From the IMG/VR virus record IMGVR_UViG_3300044726_000013, positions 1 through 64,000 of that record: a stretch of 64,000 nt of DNA. One strand, 5' to 3'. The notes under the pieces were generated by a model. The model saw nothing but the letters and a program-made list of their open reading frames with translations. It had not been told where the DNA came from and made no database searches. This DNA is from a virus. The stretch's first letter is position 1, and each line of letters starts with the position of its first letter. A program made the position numbers and the translations under genes. Positions 28,277-37,389 of this stretch are shown here, piece by piece.

Positions 28277-29332
28277 ATGTTTACTATTCACGTCAGCAAC
28301 GTCAACTACGCATGGCTTGACGCCATCAAGCTTATTCAGCAGTACGGCGTGCCAGAAGACAGCCGCGCGGGGCGCGTCAGCGTGATGCCCGGCCCGGTGA
28401 CCACCATCTATAACCAGCCGCGCCAGAGGGTGCTGTTTGATGCTGTGCGTGACGCCAACCCGGTGTTTCACCTGCATGAGGCGCTGTGGATGCTGGCGGG
28501 GCGCAATGACGCTACGGGGCTAGATATATTCGTCTCAGATTTCAGCGCCCGGTTTGCTGAAGAGGATGGCCGCCAGCACGGGGCCTATGGCTACCGCTGG
28601 CGCAACCACTTCACCAACGTGCGTGACTTTGCGGGCGTTGACATGGATCAGCTTGACGTGGTGGTTGACATGCTGGCGCGTGACCCCGGCACACGGCAGG
28701 CGGTCATTGCAATGTGGGACGCTGAGGTTGACCTTGACCAGCCGCGCCTGAAGGATAAGCCCTGCAACACCCACATCTACCTGCGCCTGCGCATCACGCC
28801 ACGCACCGCTGGGGCTAGTGCCAGTGGGCTGATGGTGCAGGCTGACCTGCGTGAACTTGACATGGCCGTGATGTGCCGCAGCAATGACATCGTGTGGGGT
28901 TGCTACGGTGCCAACGCCGTGCACTTCAGCATCTTGCAGGAGTATCTGGCAGCGCGGATGGGCGTAGAGATGGGGCGGCTGACGCAGTTCAGCTTCAACT
29001 GGCACATGTACTCTGCCACCAAGCATCTGGCTGACATCGTGGGGGCTGAGGCGGGCATCATGGGCGGCTACCCCGGCACCGTGCCGCTGGTGACAGACCC
29101 CCGCAGCTTTGACCGTGAGGTGCGCGCCTATGTGCAAGACCCCAGCCTTGCCACGCTGGGTGAATTTGATAACGAGTTTCTGACCCGCACGGCATGGCCC
29201 ATGTACATGGCCAACATTGAGCGCAAGGCGGGCAACACGGCCACGTCTGCCCTGACGTGGGCAGAAAGCATTCAGGCACCAGATTGGCGCAAGGCCACCA
29301 TGGCGTGGCTAGAAAGGAAGATAAAGAAATGA
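28277..29332 (+). CDS. Thymidylate-synthase-family dUMP hydroxymethylase
   Basis: RDANP.FHL.E.LWML.GRND, HGAYG.RWR, D.PCN and CRSND...G.YGAN..HFS.LQEY; Asn indicates dUMP specificity. Confidence 0.85.
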   Translation: MFTIHVSNVNYAWLDAIKLIQQYGVPEDSRAGRVSVMPGPVTTIYNQPRQRVLFDAVRDANPVFHLHEALWMLAGRNDATGLDIFVSDFSARFAEEDGRQHGAYGYRWRNHFTNVRDFAGVDMDQLDVVVDMLARDPGTRQAVIAMWDAEVDLDQPRLKDKPCNTHIYLRLRITPRTAGASASGLMVQADLRELDMAVMCRSNDIVWGCYGANAVHFSILQEYLAARMGVEMGRLTQFSFNWHMYSATKHLADIVGAEAGIMGGYPGTVPLVTDPRSFDREVRAYVQDPSLATLGEFDNEFLTRTAWPMYMANIERKAGNTATSALTWAESIQAPDWRKATMAWLERKIKK

Positions 29333-29628
29333 GCATCTTCAGGACGGTCAGAAAGATCAAGGACTGTGACACCTGCAACGGCAGCGGCCGGGTACTTACC
29401 GACCCCGCCAAGGGCACTGAGGGGCCGTGTGATACCTGTGGCGGCGAGGGCCGGGTAGAGGTGCTGGTCAGGGCCAACCGGGCGGCGGTGCATCAGGCTG
29501 AGGTGGCTACCAAGCAGATGAACCCCGGCCCGGCGCGCAAGGCCGCCAAAGCCCGGCTTGCCGGTGTTGAGAAGGATGGTACTGTCAGTTCTGATGACAG
29601 TAGAGGGTTTGTGAATGAAGACGAGTGA
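29329..29628 (+). CDS. Small protein with DnaJ-type Zn finger
   Basis: CDTCNGSG...CDTCGGEG. Confidence 0.7.
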   Translation: MSIFRTVRKIKDCDTCNGSGRVLTDPAKGTEGPCDTCGGEGRVEVLVRANRAAVHQAEVATKQMNPGPARKAAKARLAGVEKDGTVSSDDSRGFVNEDE

Positions 29629-30166
29629 CACTGATTTTGTGACTGACTGCCTGATGTTTGCCGGGCGCATCAAGCGATACCACTCTTGGCCGGTGATCCA
29701 AAACCAGACGGTGGGTGAGCATTGCTGGCAGGTGGCGCTGATCTACCAGCAACTTTGGGGTGACATCCCCAGCCCGGTTGAGAAGTACATCAGGCTGCAT
29801 GACGTGGCTGAACTTGTGCTGGGTGACATACCGTTCCCCGCCAAGGCCAACAACCCTGACCTGAAGGCGGCCTATGACGCGGCTGAGGGCCGGGCGCTGG
29901 CTGAGTTGGGCCTGTACGTGCCCACGCTGCACCCTGACGTGCGGCTCAAGGTCAAGATTTGCGACCTGCTTGAGATGATGTGCTTTGGCATGGTTGAGCG
30001 TGAACTGGGCAACACGCTGGCCCTGCCCATCATCATACGCACGCGTGAGGCGGCGCTGAAGCTGGTCAACAAAATAGATACAGAAGGTGAGCGCAACCGA
30101 ATATATGCTTGGTCTGATCAACAGATTGAGCGGCACCACGCCGCGTTGGCACAGACAGAAGATTAA
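29615..30166 (+). CDS. HD-domain 5'-deoxynucleotidase (YfbR-like)
   Basis: R...Q.V.EH.W.V, LHD..E...GDIP.P.K and K.CD.LE motifs. Confidence 0.82.
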   Translation: MKTSDTDFVTDCLMFAGRIKRYHSWPVIQNQTVGEHCWQVALIYQQLWGDIPSPVEKYIRLHDVAELVLGDIPFPAKANNPDLKAAYDAAEGRALAELGLYVPTLHPDVRLKVKICDLLEMMCFGMVERELGNTLALPIIIRTREAALKLVNKIDTEGERNRIYAWSDQQIERHHAALAQTED

Positions 30167-30175
30167 GGAGTACTA

Positions 30176-30796
30176 ATGTTGGATAAAGTCAAGACAATAC
30201 TTGAGGAGCGGCCCGGCAAGCACGGTGAGTTTGCTGAGAACAGTCACGCTACTTGGGAAATCATGCGCGCTATGCAGCATGAGCGCAACTGGCCGACCAT
30301 GACCGATCAACAGAAGCACGCCGTCTACATGGTGGCGCACAAGCTGGCGCGCATTGTCTGTGGTGACCCGGCTGAGCCTGACCACTGGGATGACATTGCC
30401 GGGTATGCCACGCTGGTGGCTGACCGTCTGCGCAAACCCGTGGTGCCCTATGACGGCACTGACGTGTACAGCGCGCTGGCTGTGGCGTGGCACGTGCCGC
30501 GTGAAGAGGCCAAGGCCCGCGTGCAGCAGATCATGCGCCAGCAAGCTGGCCAGCGCACTGAGGCCGCCGCCACCATGGCCAAAGACCTGTCAGGCAGGCC
30601 CACCAGCGCGCTTGAGGCGTTTGGGCGGTCACAGACACTACCCAAGGCGTCAGACGCGCCCCAGCGGCCCCAGCGGCCCGGCACGGGCACGCCTGAAGAC
30701 GGTGGCCACCACGCTGATGTCAGCGCTGAAGAGCTGGCTGAAGAACTGCGGCGTGAACTTGAGGCTGATCTGGGCACGCGGCAACAGGGCGTGTGA
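30176..30796 (+). CDS. DUF6378-like (all-alpha NTP-pyrophosphatase-related) protein with C-terminal extension
   Basis: L.ER...HG.F and K.ARI..GDP...DHW.DIAGYA.L motifs. Confidence 0.65.
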   Translation: MLDKVKTILEERPGKHGEFAENSHATWEIMRAMQHERNWPTMTDQQKHAVYMVAHKLARIVCGDPAEPDHWDDIAGYATLVADRLRKPVVPYDGTDVYSALAVAWHVPREEAKARVQQIMRQQAGQRTEAAATMAKDLSGRPTSALEAFGRSQTLPKASDAPQRPQRPGTGTPEDGGHHADVSAEELAEELRRELEADLGTRQQGV

Positions 30797-30799
30797 GCC

Positions 30800-32800
30800 T
30801 TGGCCAAAGCCAGACGCCATCAAGAGGGTCAGCTAGGCTTGTTCAAACCCGATAGCGACTGGCAGCCACCGGCCGAGTTGCCTGACCTGAGGGGCAGGCC
30901 GGTGGTGGCCCTAGATTGTGAAACCAAAGATCAGGGCCTGATGGACAAGAAGGGCTCAGGCTGGGCGCTTCTGAGAAGCGGCACCATCTGCGGTGTCAGT
31001 TGGGCGGCGGCGGGCAGTAGCGGCTACGCGCCCATGGCGCACCCTGACACGGCAGAGCCGCTGAACGTGATTGAGTGGGTCAGCGATCTGGTCAAGAGCG
31101 GCACCAAGCTGGTATTCCACAGTGCCGCCTATGACTATGGCTGGCTGACCCGGCTTGATGCCGACATGACCGGCGCTGACATCAATGACACGCTGGCCGC
31201 CTGCGTGCTGGTTGATGAAACGGAATACAGCTACGCCCTTGATGATTGCTGCAAGCGCATAGGCTTGCCGGGCAAAGACATGACCATGCTGCTCAAGGCC
31301 GTGGAGGCGTTTGGCAGCGACCCCAAGAAGGCGCGTGAGAACATCTGGCGGCTACCGGCCAAGTATGTTGCGCCCTACGCCATAGCCGACGCCGAGCAGA
31401 CGCTGGCGCTGTGGCACGCCACGCAGCCGCTGCTGATTGAACAGAACCTGATGGCCGCCTATGAGACTGAGATGGGTCTGGTGCCCATGGTGGTGGCCAT
31501 GCGGCGGCGGGGGATCAGGCTTGACCTACCCCGCATTGAGGCCCTGATCAAGGCGCTGGCGGTAGAACGTGACGCGGCACTGGCTGACGTGGGTGAACTC
31601 ATGGAAATGCCCCGCCCCGCCAGCATGGATGAGATACGCAGCCCCAAGAACATGGAGAAGTGGTTCACCGTCAACAAGATCACTTTTCCTTACACGGCCA
31701 AGGCACAGCAGGGCAGCTTCACCAAAGACTGGATGGAGAAGCATGAACACCCGCTGCCGCGTGCCTGTGCGCGGGCAGAACTGTATGAAGAGGCGGCGGC
31801 CAAGTTCGTCAACAACTACCTGTTGGGCTACCAGAGCAACGGGCGCATTCACGCGGAAATTCACCAGTACCGTGACACGACCGGGGGCACCCGCAGCCAC
31901 CGCTTTAGCTACTCTGAGCCGCCGCTGCAACAGATGACCAGCCCCGACAAGCCGGGGCCGCTGGGTGCCATAGGCAAGGCCATCAGGGGGTGCTTCTTGC
32001 CTGAGCCCGGTGAGCGCTGGGTGGCGCTTGATTACTCTCAGCAGGAACCCCGGCTGACCGTGCACTTTGCCAGCAAGGTGGGTGCTGAGGGCGCTGAAGC
32101 GGCGGTGCAGCGGTACATAGACAAACCCGATACCGACTATCACGCCATGGTGGCAGAGATGACCGGCAGGCCCCGACCCATAGCCAAAATCCTCAACCTT
32201 GCCATGACCTACGGCAAGGGCAAGCGCAGTCTGGCTGAGGAACTGGGCGTCAGCCTGTCAGACGCTGAGGCCATACTGGCTGACTACCACGACCGGCTGC
32301 CGTTCATCAAAAGCCTAGAGGACAAGTGCAAGAACGCCGCCAGCCAGCGCGGCTACATCAGGCTGATAGACGGGGCGCGCATGCACTACCCGCAATGGGA
32401 GGGTGGCTACGTTGACTGGGACCGGCGCGCTGACGCTGAGCGGCGCGGCAAGGTGCTGACGCCAACTGATCTGGCCACCGCGCAAGAGCGGCAGGCCGAC
32501 CCCGACCACCCGTGGTCTGGCACAAGGCTGCGGCGGGCTGACACGCGCAAGGCGCTGAACAATCTGGTGCAGGGCAGCGCGGCCCGGCAGACCAAGCGGG
32601 CCATGCTGGCCATCTGGCAAGAGGGCATCATACCCATGGTGCAGTTGCATGACGAACTTGACATCAGCACCGCTGACCGGGCAGTGGCGCTGCGGGTACA
32701 GCAGATCATGGTTGAGACGACCCCGCTGGTGGTGCCTACCATTGTGGACCTTGAGGTTGGCCCCACGTGGGGTGAAGCAAAAGAGGAGTGGCATGCCTAA
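30800..32800 (+). CDS. polA: DNA polymerase family A with 3'-5' exonuclease
   Basis: LDCET exo motif, RFS.S.P.LQQ, DYSQQEPR motif A, K..NLA..YG motif B, QGSAA, QLHDEL motif C. Confidence 0.95.
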   Translation: MAKARRHQEGQLGLFKPDSDWQPPAELPDLRGRPVVALDCETKDQGLMDKKGSGWALLRSGTICGVSWAAAGSSGYAPMAHPDTAEPLNVIEWVSDLVKSGTKLVFHSAAYDYGWLTRLDADMTGADINDTLAACVLVDETEYSYALDDCCKRIGLPGKDMTMLLKAVEAFGSDPKKARENIWRLPAKYVAPYAIADAEQTLALWHATQPLLIEQNLMAAYETEMGLVPMVVAMRRRGIRLDLPRIEALIKALAVERDAALADVGELMEMPRPASMDEIRSPKNMEKWFTVNKITFPYTAKAQQGSFTKDWMEKHEHPLPRACARAELYEEAAAKFVNNYLLGYQSNGRIHAEIHQYRDTTGGTRSHRFSYSEPPLQQMTSPDKPGPLGAIGKAIRGCFLPEPGERWVALDYSQQEPRLTVHFASKVGAEGAEAAVQRYIDKPDTDYHAMVAEMTGRPRPIAKILNLAMTYGKGKRSLAEELGVSLSDAEAILADYHDRLPFIKSLEDKCKNAASQRGYIRLIDGARMHYPQWEGGYVDWDRRADAERRGKVLTPTDLATAQERQADPDHPWSGTRLRRADTRKALNNLVQGSAARQTKRAMLAIWQEGIIPMVQLHDELDISTADRAVALRVQQIMVETTPLVVPTIVDLEVGPTWGEAKEEWHA

Positions 32801-33050
32801 GCATGTATTTCATTCACGCTGCCCGTGGTGTGAGGCGGTCAACACCCGCGCCAGCAACGCCGTGCCCGGTGAGGCCGTAGCACCCACTGACGGGGATGCT
32901 TCACTGTGCTTCTACTGTGGGGAATGGGCCATCTTTGATGGTGACCGACAGCGCAAGCCTACCGCTGCTGAGTTCATTGAGATTGGTGAAGACCCAGACT
33001 GCCAGAAGCTACGGGCAGCGTGGGCGCACCTTGAGGGTGGGCGGGGGTAA
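32793..33050 (+). CDS. Zn-finger hypothetical protein
   Basis: CPWC...P..GD.S.C..CG motif; GAGGAG RBS. Confidence 0.7.
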   Translation: MPKHVFHSRCPWCEAVNTRASNAVPGEAVAPTDGDASLCFYCGEWAIFDGDRQRKPTAAEFIEIGEDPDCQKLRAAWAHLEGGRG

Positions 33051-33101
33051 AGGGATGCTATGATGCGGCATGTGAAACAACGCTGAAGGAGCAACAATCA
33101 C

Positions 33102-33374
33102 ATGGCCGCTACCGTTACTGCCATCACCGCCCGGCGCGGGCTGCATGTCTCACTGGATGAACTGGTGGGCTTTGAGGGGGTCAAGCTGTTGGCCAAGCTG
33201 ATCCAGCAGCACGTCAGAAAGCAGCACAGCACGGTCAAGGATTTGGCCCGTGCCGCCAACCTGACGCCCACCACGGTGTCACGCATCATGAGCCGGGAGA
33301 CACGCAGCCCGCGCATGCTGACGTGCATCATGTTATTCAAGGCTCTGGGCTTCACCGCAGTGAGGTTTGAGTGA
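33102..33374 (+). CDS. XRE/Cro-like HTH regulator
   Basis: LARAANLTPTTVSRI...P...T...L..ALG. Confidence 0.8.
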   Translation: MAATVTAITARRGLHVSLDELVGFEGVKLLAKLIQQHVRKQHSTVKDLARAANLTPTTVSRIMSRETRSPRMLTCIMLFKALGFTAVRFE

Positions 33375-33535
33375 TGCCAGAAATGATGGCGATGCCAGAG
33401 GTGGAATTTCAACTGCGCCAGAACATAGCCACGCTTGAGGCCATGGTCACGCAGCTACGGGATGAGAACGCATGGCTGCGTGAACAGGTGGCCAAGGTGC
33501 TTGAGGAATTGATGGCTCACGTAGCTACGGGATGA
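33374..33535 (+). CDS. Small coiled-coil protein flanked by 14-bp direct repeats
   Basis: 53-aa ORF read manually; GCAGTGAGGTTTGA at 33357 and 33536. Confidence 0.5.
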   Translation: MPEMMAMPEVEFQLRQNIATLEAMVTQLRDENAWLREQVAKVLEELMAHVATG

Positions 33536-33552
33536 GCAGTGAGGTTTGAATA

Positions 33553-33771
33553 ATGGATAAACTGACACCGCGTGAGCGGCAAATAGCGCACCTGATCGCC
33601 CACGGCCACCGCAACAGGGCGGTGGCTGAGCAACTGGGCGTCACAACCGGCACCGTGAAGGTGCACGTCAACAACATCTATGCCAAGCTGGGCATAGACA
33701 ACCGCGTGACGCTGGTCAGGGCGTGGCTGTTGGCTGAGAAGGCTGTTGGCTGGCAGGATGCTGCTGAATGA
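33553..33771 (+). CDS. LuxR/GerE-type HTH regulator
   Basis: LTPRE.QI..L...G..N..VA..L....GTVK.HV.NIY.KLG...R. Confidence 0.9.
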   Translation: MDKLTPRERQIAHLIAHGHRNRAVAEQLGVTTGTVKVHVNNIYAKLGIDNRVTLVRAWLLAEKAVGWQDAAE

Positions 33772-34490
33772 TGCGGGATTTGTTCAGGCGTGATGAGGTT
33801 GGCACCATCACGTTTCATTGCCTGCCTGAGTACATGGGCGTGATAGCACCGCCAATCAGGGCGGCTGACTTCTTGCCGGATTGGTACAAGAAGCTGCCAG
33901 CGATAGACCCTGATGTGTACGCGGTGAACAACCCGGCGCTGACCATCAAGCGGTGCATGCCGTTTCAGGACGCCATGACTGAGGGCTACATCTTGGTGAC
34001 CCCGGCTGAGATAACCTTTGAGGTTGACGCGGCGGGCACCAGCGTGACGCATCACAGTGAGTTCCTGAAGGTGACACGCGTGATTGACGCGCACCCAGCC
34101 TATCAGATCAAGGGCGCGCCGCGTGCCGCCAGCCGGGTAGCGCTGAAGTTCCTCATGCACTGGGTGGTCAAGACGCCGCCCGGCTGGTCAACCCTATTCA
34201 TACCGCTGATCAATAGGGAACAGCCAGAGATTGAAATCTTCTCAGGGCTGGTTGACACTGACAGGTATGACGCGGTGGTCAACCTGCCGTTCTTTCTGAA
34301 GGTGACGGGCAAGACGTTCATATTGCCCAAGGGCACGCCCATCTGCCAGTTGATCCCCGTTAAGCGCAATGACTTCACCATGGTGGTGCGGGCGGCCACG
34401 CCTGATGAGACGCTGGCCAAGCAACGCATGAACTCGGTGCTAGACAGCGCGTTGGGCTGGTACAGGCAGCACATCAGGGCCAAGCGGTGA
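33768..34490 (+). CDS. Conserved phage protein, DUF6065/dUTPase-like beta-clip family
   Basis: PDWYK, TIKRCMPF.DAMT.GY, TPPG.S.LF, SG.VDTD.Y and KGTP..Q.IP.KR motifs. Confidence 0.6.
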   Translation: MMRDLFRRDEVGTITFHCLPEYMGVIAPPIRAADFLPDWYKKLPAIDPDVYAVNNPALTIKRCMPFQDAMTEGYILVTPAEITFEVDAAGTSVTHHSEFLKVTRVIDAHPAYQIKGAPRAASRVALKFLMHWVVKTPPGWSTLFIPLINREQPEIEIFSGLVDTDRYDAVVNLPFFLKVTGKTFILPKGTPICQLIPVKRNDFTMVVRAATPDETLAKQRMNSVLDSALGWYRQHIRAKR

Positions 34491-34505
34491 GCCCGGCCCC
34501 AAAAG

Positions 34506-34532
34506 AAGAGGGCCCCCGCAGGGGCCCCTTTT
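34506..34532. terminator. Bidirectional intrinsic terminator
   Basis: A-tract, GGGCCCC-CGCA-GGGGCCC, T-tract between convergent genes. Confidence 0.8.
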
Positions 34533-35212
34533 CACTTGATGCTGATGTGGCCGTGGCGGGTGTCCCACCTGAAGTCTTCACGGGTCAGGCCCGCCAAGAT
34601 GGCATCACCCACGGTCATGCCGTCAACGTAGCGGGCGTAGCGCTTGAAGGCCAAGCTGCCCTTGCGCTTGGGGTTGGCCACGATCAGCGTGATCACCTGC
34701 CCGTCAGCGTACTCAGGGCGCGGGCCACGGTGGGCGCTGGCCTTGACGGTGACCTTGACCGCCTTGGCCTTGACCGGCTTGGCGGCTGGCGCGGCCTTGG
34801 CGGCCTTCTCAGGCTTGGCGTTGGCCATGGCCTTCTTGAACTGGGCCACCAGACCGGCACCGCCCTTGGCCACGCCCTTGGCGGCCTTCTTGGTGGTCAC
34901 GGCCTTGAACTTGACCACGTTGCCGCTCAGGCTGTCAGCCAGCCCCTCAAGGCCGTTGCCCGTGCCCGCTACCGGCGCTTCAACGCCATGGGCGGCAAGG
35001 CCAGCCATGTCAGCGTTGAGCCCGGCAAGGCCGTTGCGCACCAGCTTGGTGCCGTCAAGCACCAGAGAATGGTCAGCCATGATCTTGGTCAGGCGGGCAA
35101 CGCCCGTGGGCTTGTCATGGAAGCCCTTGATTTCTTTCAGCGGCAGCTTGAGTTCAGACACCGCGCGGTTGTAGGCCACGTTAAGCTGGGCCAGAGAAAG
35201 TTCGGTAAGCAT
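34532..35212 (-). CDS. Lys/Ala-rich protein with C-terminal NPKxxGS domain
   Basis: NPKRKGS...YVDGMTV...DFRWD domain after an H1-like linker; own promoter. Confidence 0.8.
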   Translation of the reverse strand: MLTELSLAQLNVAYNRAVSELKLPLKEIKGFHDKPTGVARLTKIMADHSLVLDGTKLVRNGLAGLNADMAGLAAHGVEAPVAGTGNGLEGLADSLSGNVVKFKAVTTKKAAKGVAKGGAGLVAQFKKAMANAKPEKAAKAAPAAKPVKAKAVKVTVKASAHRGPRPEYADGQVITLIVANPKRKGSLAFKRYARYVDGMTVGDAILAGLTREDFRWDTRHGHISIK

Positions 35213-35272
35213 GGTTTTCACCCTATGGTTTTGTGGGCCGCAGCCCGGTTGGTGCTCAATGGCACAAACTCC

Positions 35273-35305
35273 TTTTTACGCTCGGCGCATTGCCTTGTAA
35301 AGCGA
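35273..35305 (-). promoter_or_regulatory. Repeated phage promoter
   Basis: TCGCTTTACA-N17-TAAAAA. Confidence 0.7.
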
Positions 35306-35367
35306 GAAATGGAAATTTGTGAAAATAATTGGCGGAGCCTACAATACGGCGGCCAGAAGGGGTAGCT

Positions 35368-36105
35368 ATGATTGACACCATAGTGGTTCTAGACACTGAG
35401 ACGACCGGCCTGAGCCCAGAAACCGGGGCTGAGATATGTGAAGTGGCGTGGGTGAGCCTTGAACTTGAGGGTGCCCACTGGGTGTTTGGGCCGGGCAGCA
35501 CGTTCTTCGTTGAAACTTTTGCGCCGTTTGACCCGGCCGCGCGGGCGGCCCACCACATCAACCCGGCGTGGTGCCAGCCCGGCGCGCCCAACTGCGCGCC
35601 ACGCGGCATCATCATTGGCAGCATGAAGACCATGGAGCGGCCCGGCCAGATGCTGTACGCGGCGCACAACGCACCCTACGACCGGGCCTTTTTGCCTGAA
35701 CTGAGCCTAGCGTGGATAGACACCTACCAGTGCGCCCGGCACCTGTGGCCTGACGCGCCCAAGTACAGCAACCAGACCCTGCGCTACTGGCTCAACGCTG
35801 AGCCGCCTGAGCATCTGTTGGCCGGGCAGGCCGCTCACAGGGCGCTGTACGATGCCGCCTGCACGGCGGCGGTGTTGGTGCGCATGCTGGCGCTGAAATC
35901 CCCTACGGACCTTGTACGGCTCAGCAACACACCCATGCTGCTTGAGACGGTGAAGTTTGGCAAGCATGACGGCCAGCCGTGGTCTACGGTGCCGCACGGC
36001 TACCTGTCATGGATGGTGCGGGCCAGTGACATGTACACCAAAGACAAAGACATCAAGCACACAGTGGATCATTACCTTGGCCAAAGCACCAACGCCCTTG
36101 CCTGA
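35368..36105 (+). CDS. DEDDh 3'-5' exonuclease (ExoX-like)
   Basis: LDTETTG, AHNA.YD, HRALYD and C-terminal FGKH.G motifs. Confidence 0.9.
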   Translation: MIDTIVVLDTETTGLSPETGAEICEVAWVSLELEGAHWVFGPGSTFFVETFAPFDPAARAAHHINPAWCQPGAPNCAPRGIIIGSMKTMERPGQMLYAAHNAPYDRAFLPELSLAWIDTYQCARHLWPDAPKYSNQTLRYWLNAEPPEHLLAGQAAHRALYDAACTAAVLVRMLALKSPTDLVRLSNTPMLLETVKFGKHDGQPWSTVPHGYLSWMVRASDMYTKDKDIKHTVDHYLGQSTNALA

Positions 36106-36424
36106 GACGGCACCCACCAGCCAGTATCTGGCGGACACCCTGAAGCGTGCCGGGTTCATGGAACTTGCGGCGCGTGCCGAGCGCAATGAGTTTCATGACT
36201 ACCTGTCAGCGCACGACCTGCCCGGCATGGAACTTGACATGGCGCTGGTGGCCATCATCAAAGACCCCACCTACAGCAACGAAAAGCGTGACATAGCCAG
36301 CCGCATCCGCGCCCGCCACCATGACGGTGCCTTTGACGCCAGCAAGGCTGAGAGTGACGCGTGGATGGCCAGTGAAGACGGCAAGGCCACCTTCAACAGG
36401 CTGGTCAAAGACTTCAAGCCGTGA
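36077..36424 (+). CDS. Hypothetical protein (start uncertain)
   Basis: A.RA....HDY.S and G.FDA...ESD.W..S.DG motifs. Confidence 0.6.
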   Translation: MAKAPTPLPETAPTSQYLADTLKRAGFMELAARAERNEFHDYLSAHDLPGMELDMALVAIIKDPTYSNEKRDIASRIRARHHDGAFDASKAESDAWMASEDGKATFNRLVKDFKP

Positions 36425-36506
36425 GCGCCATGATGTCTTTTGCCTTGGTCATCGGGTTCATAGTGACCGTCGGCATTGTATCACTGACGATCATAGGGCT
36501 GCTACC

Positions 36507-36965
36507 GTGACCATTGCGGATGCCGGGCTGCGCAAGGTGGTGCAACATCACCTGCACAAGTCACAGGGCTGGCTGTGGACCCCGGTTGAGACGGCGGGCA
36601 CCCGGCAGGGCGTGCCTGACACCCACTGGGCGCACATCCCCAGCTTCACCAGCGGCTGGGTTGAGCATAAGGCCACCCACGGCTGGGCGGTGACGGTCAG
36701 GCCGCACCAGATAGCGTGGATTGACCTGCACATGCGGGCTGGCGTGCATTGCCTGATCATGGTCAGGGCCATGGGGGTCGGTAGCAGCCACGACCGGGGA
36801 GACAGTCTTTGGGTCATTGACGGCGCGGCCATCAAGGCGCTGGCTGAAAAGGGGCTCAACGGCATCCCCGGTCTGGCCGTGCTGGGCCGCTGGTGTGGTG
36901 AGCCGCATGAATGGAACTGGCCTGCGGTGCAGCAACTGATGACCGGGCGGCAGCATGACCGATAG
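36507..36965 (+). CDS. PD-(D/E)xK nuclease, VRR-NUC/Holliday junction resolvase-like
   Basis: GVPD, WVEHK and RPHQIAW motifs. Confidence 0.75.
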   Translation: MTIADAGLRKVVQHHLHKSQGWLWTPVETAGTRQGVPDTHWAHIPSFTSGWVEHKATHGWAVTVRPHQIAWIDLHMRAGVHCLIMVRAMGVGSSHDRGDSLWVIDGAAIKALAEKGLNGIPGLAVLGRWCGEPHEWNWPAVQQLMTGRQHDR

Positions 36966-37065
36966 CTGGCCCGTGCGGTACTTCAAGGCCGGTGCGGCGC
37001 TGGCTGATGAGATGCTGGGGCGGCTCAAGAATTATAACGACCAGTACCGTCTAGAGGAGAAAACT

Positions 37066-37263
37066 ATGGCAGACGGCGCTTCAAGCTGTGAGTTCTTTGT
37101 TGAGGGCGGCGGCAGCAAGGGCCGCTACCTGATGTACAACCCGCCTATCACGGGGGATGACATCACGTTTGACGATGGTGACACCTACACGGTGGTGCGC
37201 CGCAACGTTGATGTTCAAGACAACTTTGTGCGCATCACGATCAGGCGCAAAGACAGCGCATGA
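37066..37263 (+). CDS. Small hypothetical protein (similar to 7764-7961)
   Basis: GAGGAG RBS before the ATG at 37066. Confidence 0.6.
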   Translation: MADGASSCEFFVEGGGSKGRYLMYNPPITGDDITFDDGDTYTVVRRNVDVQDNFVRITIRRKDSA

Positions 37264-37337
37264 AGCGTTGGTTTGCTGGGTTACGTCCGCGCCCAGAGCC
37301 GGTAGGGCCTCCAACCCGTGACCGGCACCAAATGCAA

Positions 37338-37359
37338 AAGGCCGCCCGTAGGCGGCCTT
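37338..37359. terminator. Hairpin terminator between convergent units
   Basis: AAGGCCGCC-CGTA-GGCGGCCTT; second hairpin at 37368-37386. Confidence 0.75.
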
Positions 37360-37389
37360 GCAGGGCACCGCGCCTTTAAGGCGCGGGGG

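Noticed and set aside
28277-29332. Ordinary thymidylate synthase or dCMP hydroxymethylase
   Set aside because: The RDANP/GAN motifs and the adjacent 5-hmU DNA kinase and transferase favour dUMP hydroxymethylase; still needs HMM confirmation.
33102-33771. XRE + LuxR regulators as a lysogeny switch
   Set aside because: Co-directional inside the replication transcript; no integrase, att site or divergent cI/cro layout in the window.
37264-37330. Hairpins ending in ...ACCGGCACCA, superficially tRNA-like
   Set aside because: No cloverleaf and no TTC T-loop or D-loop consensus.
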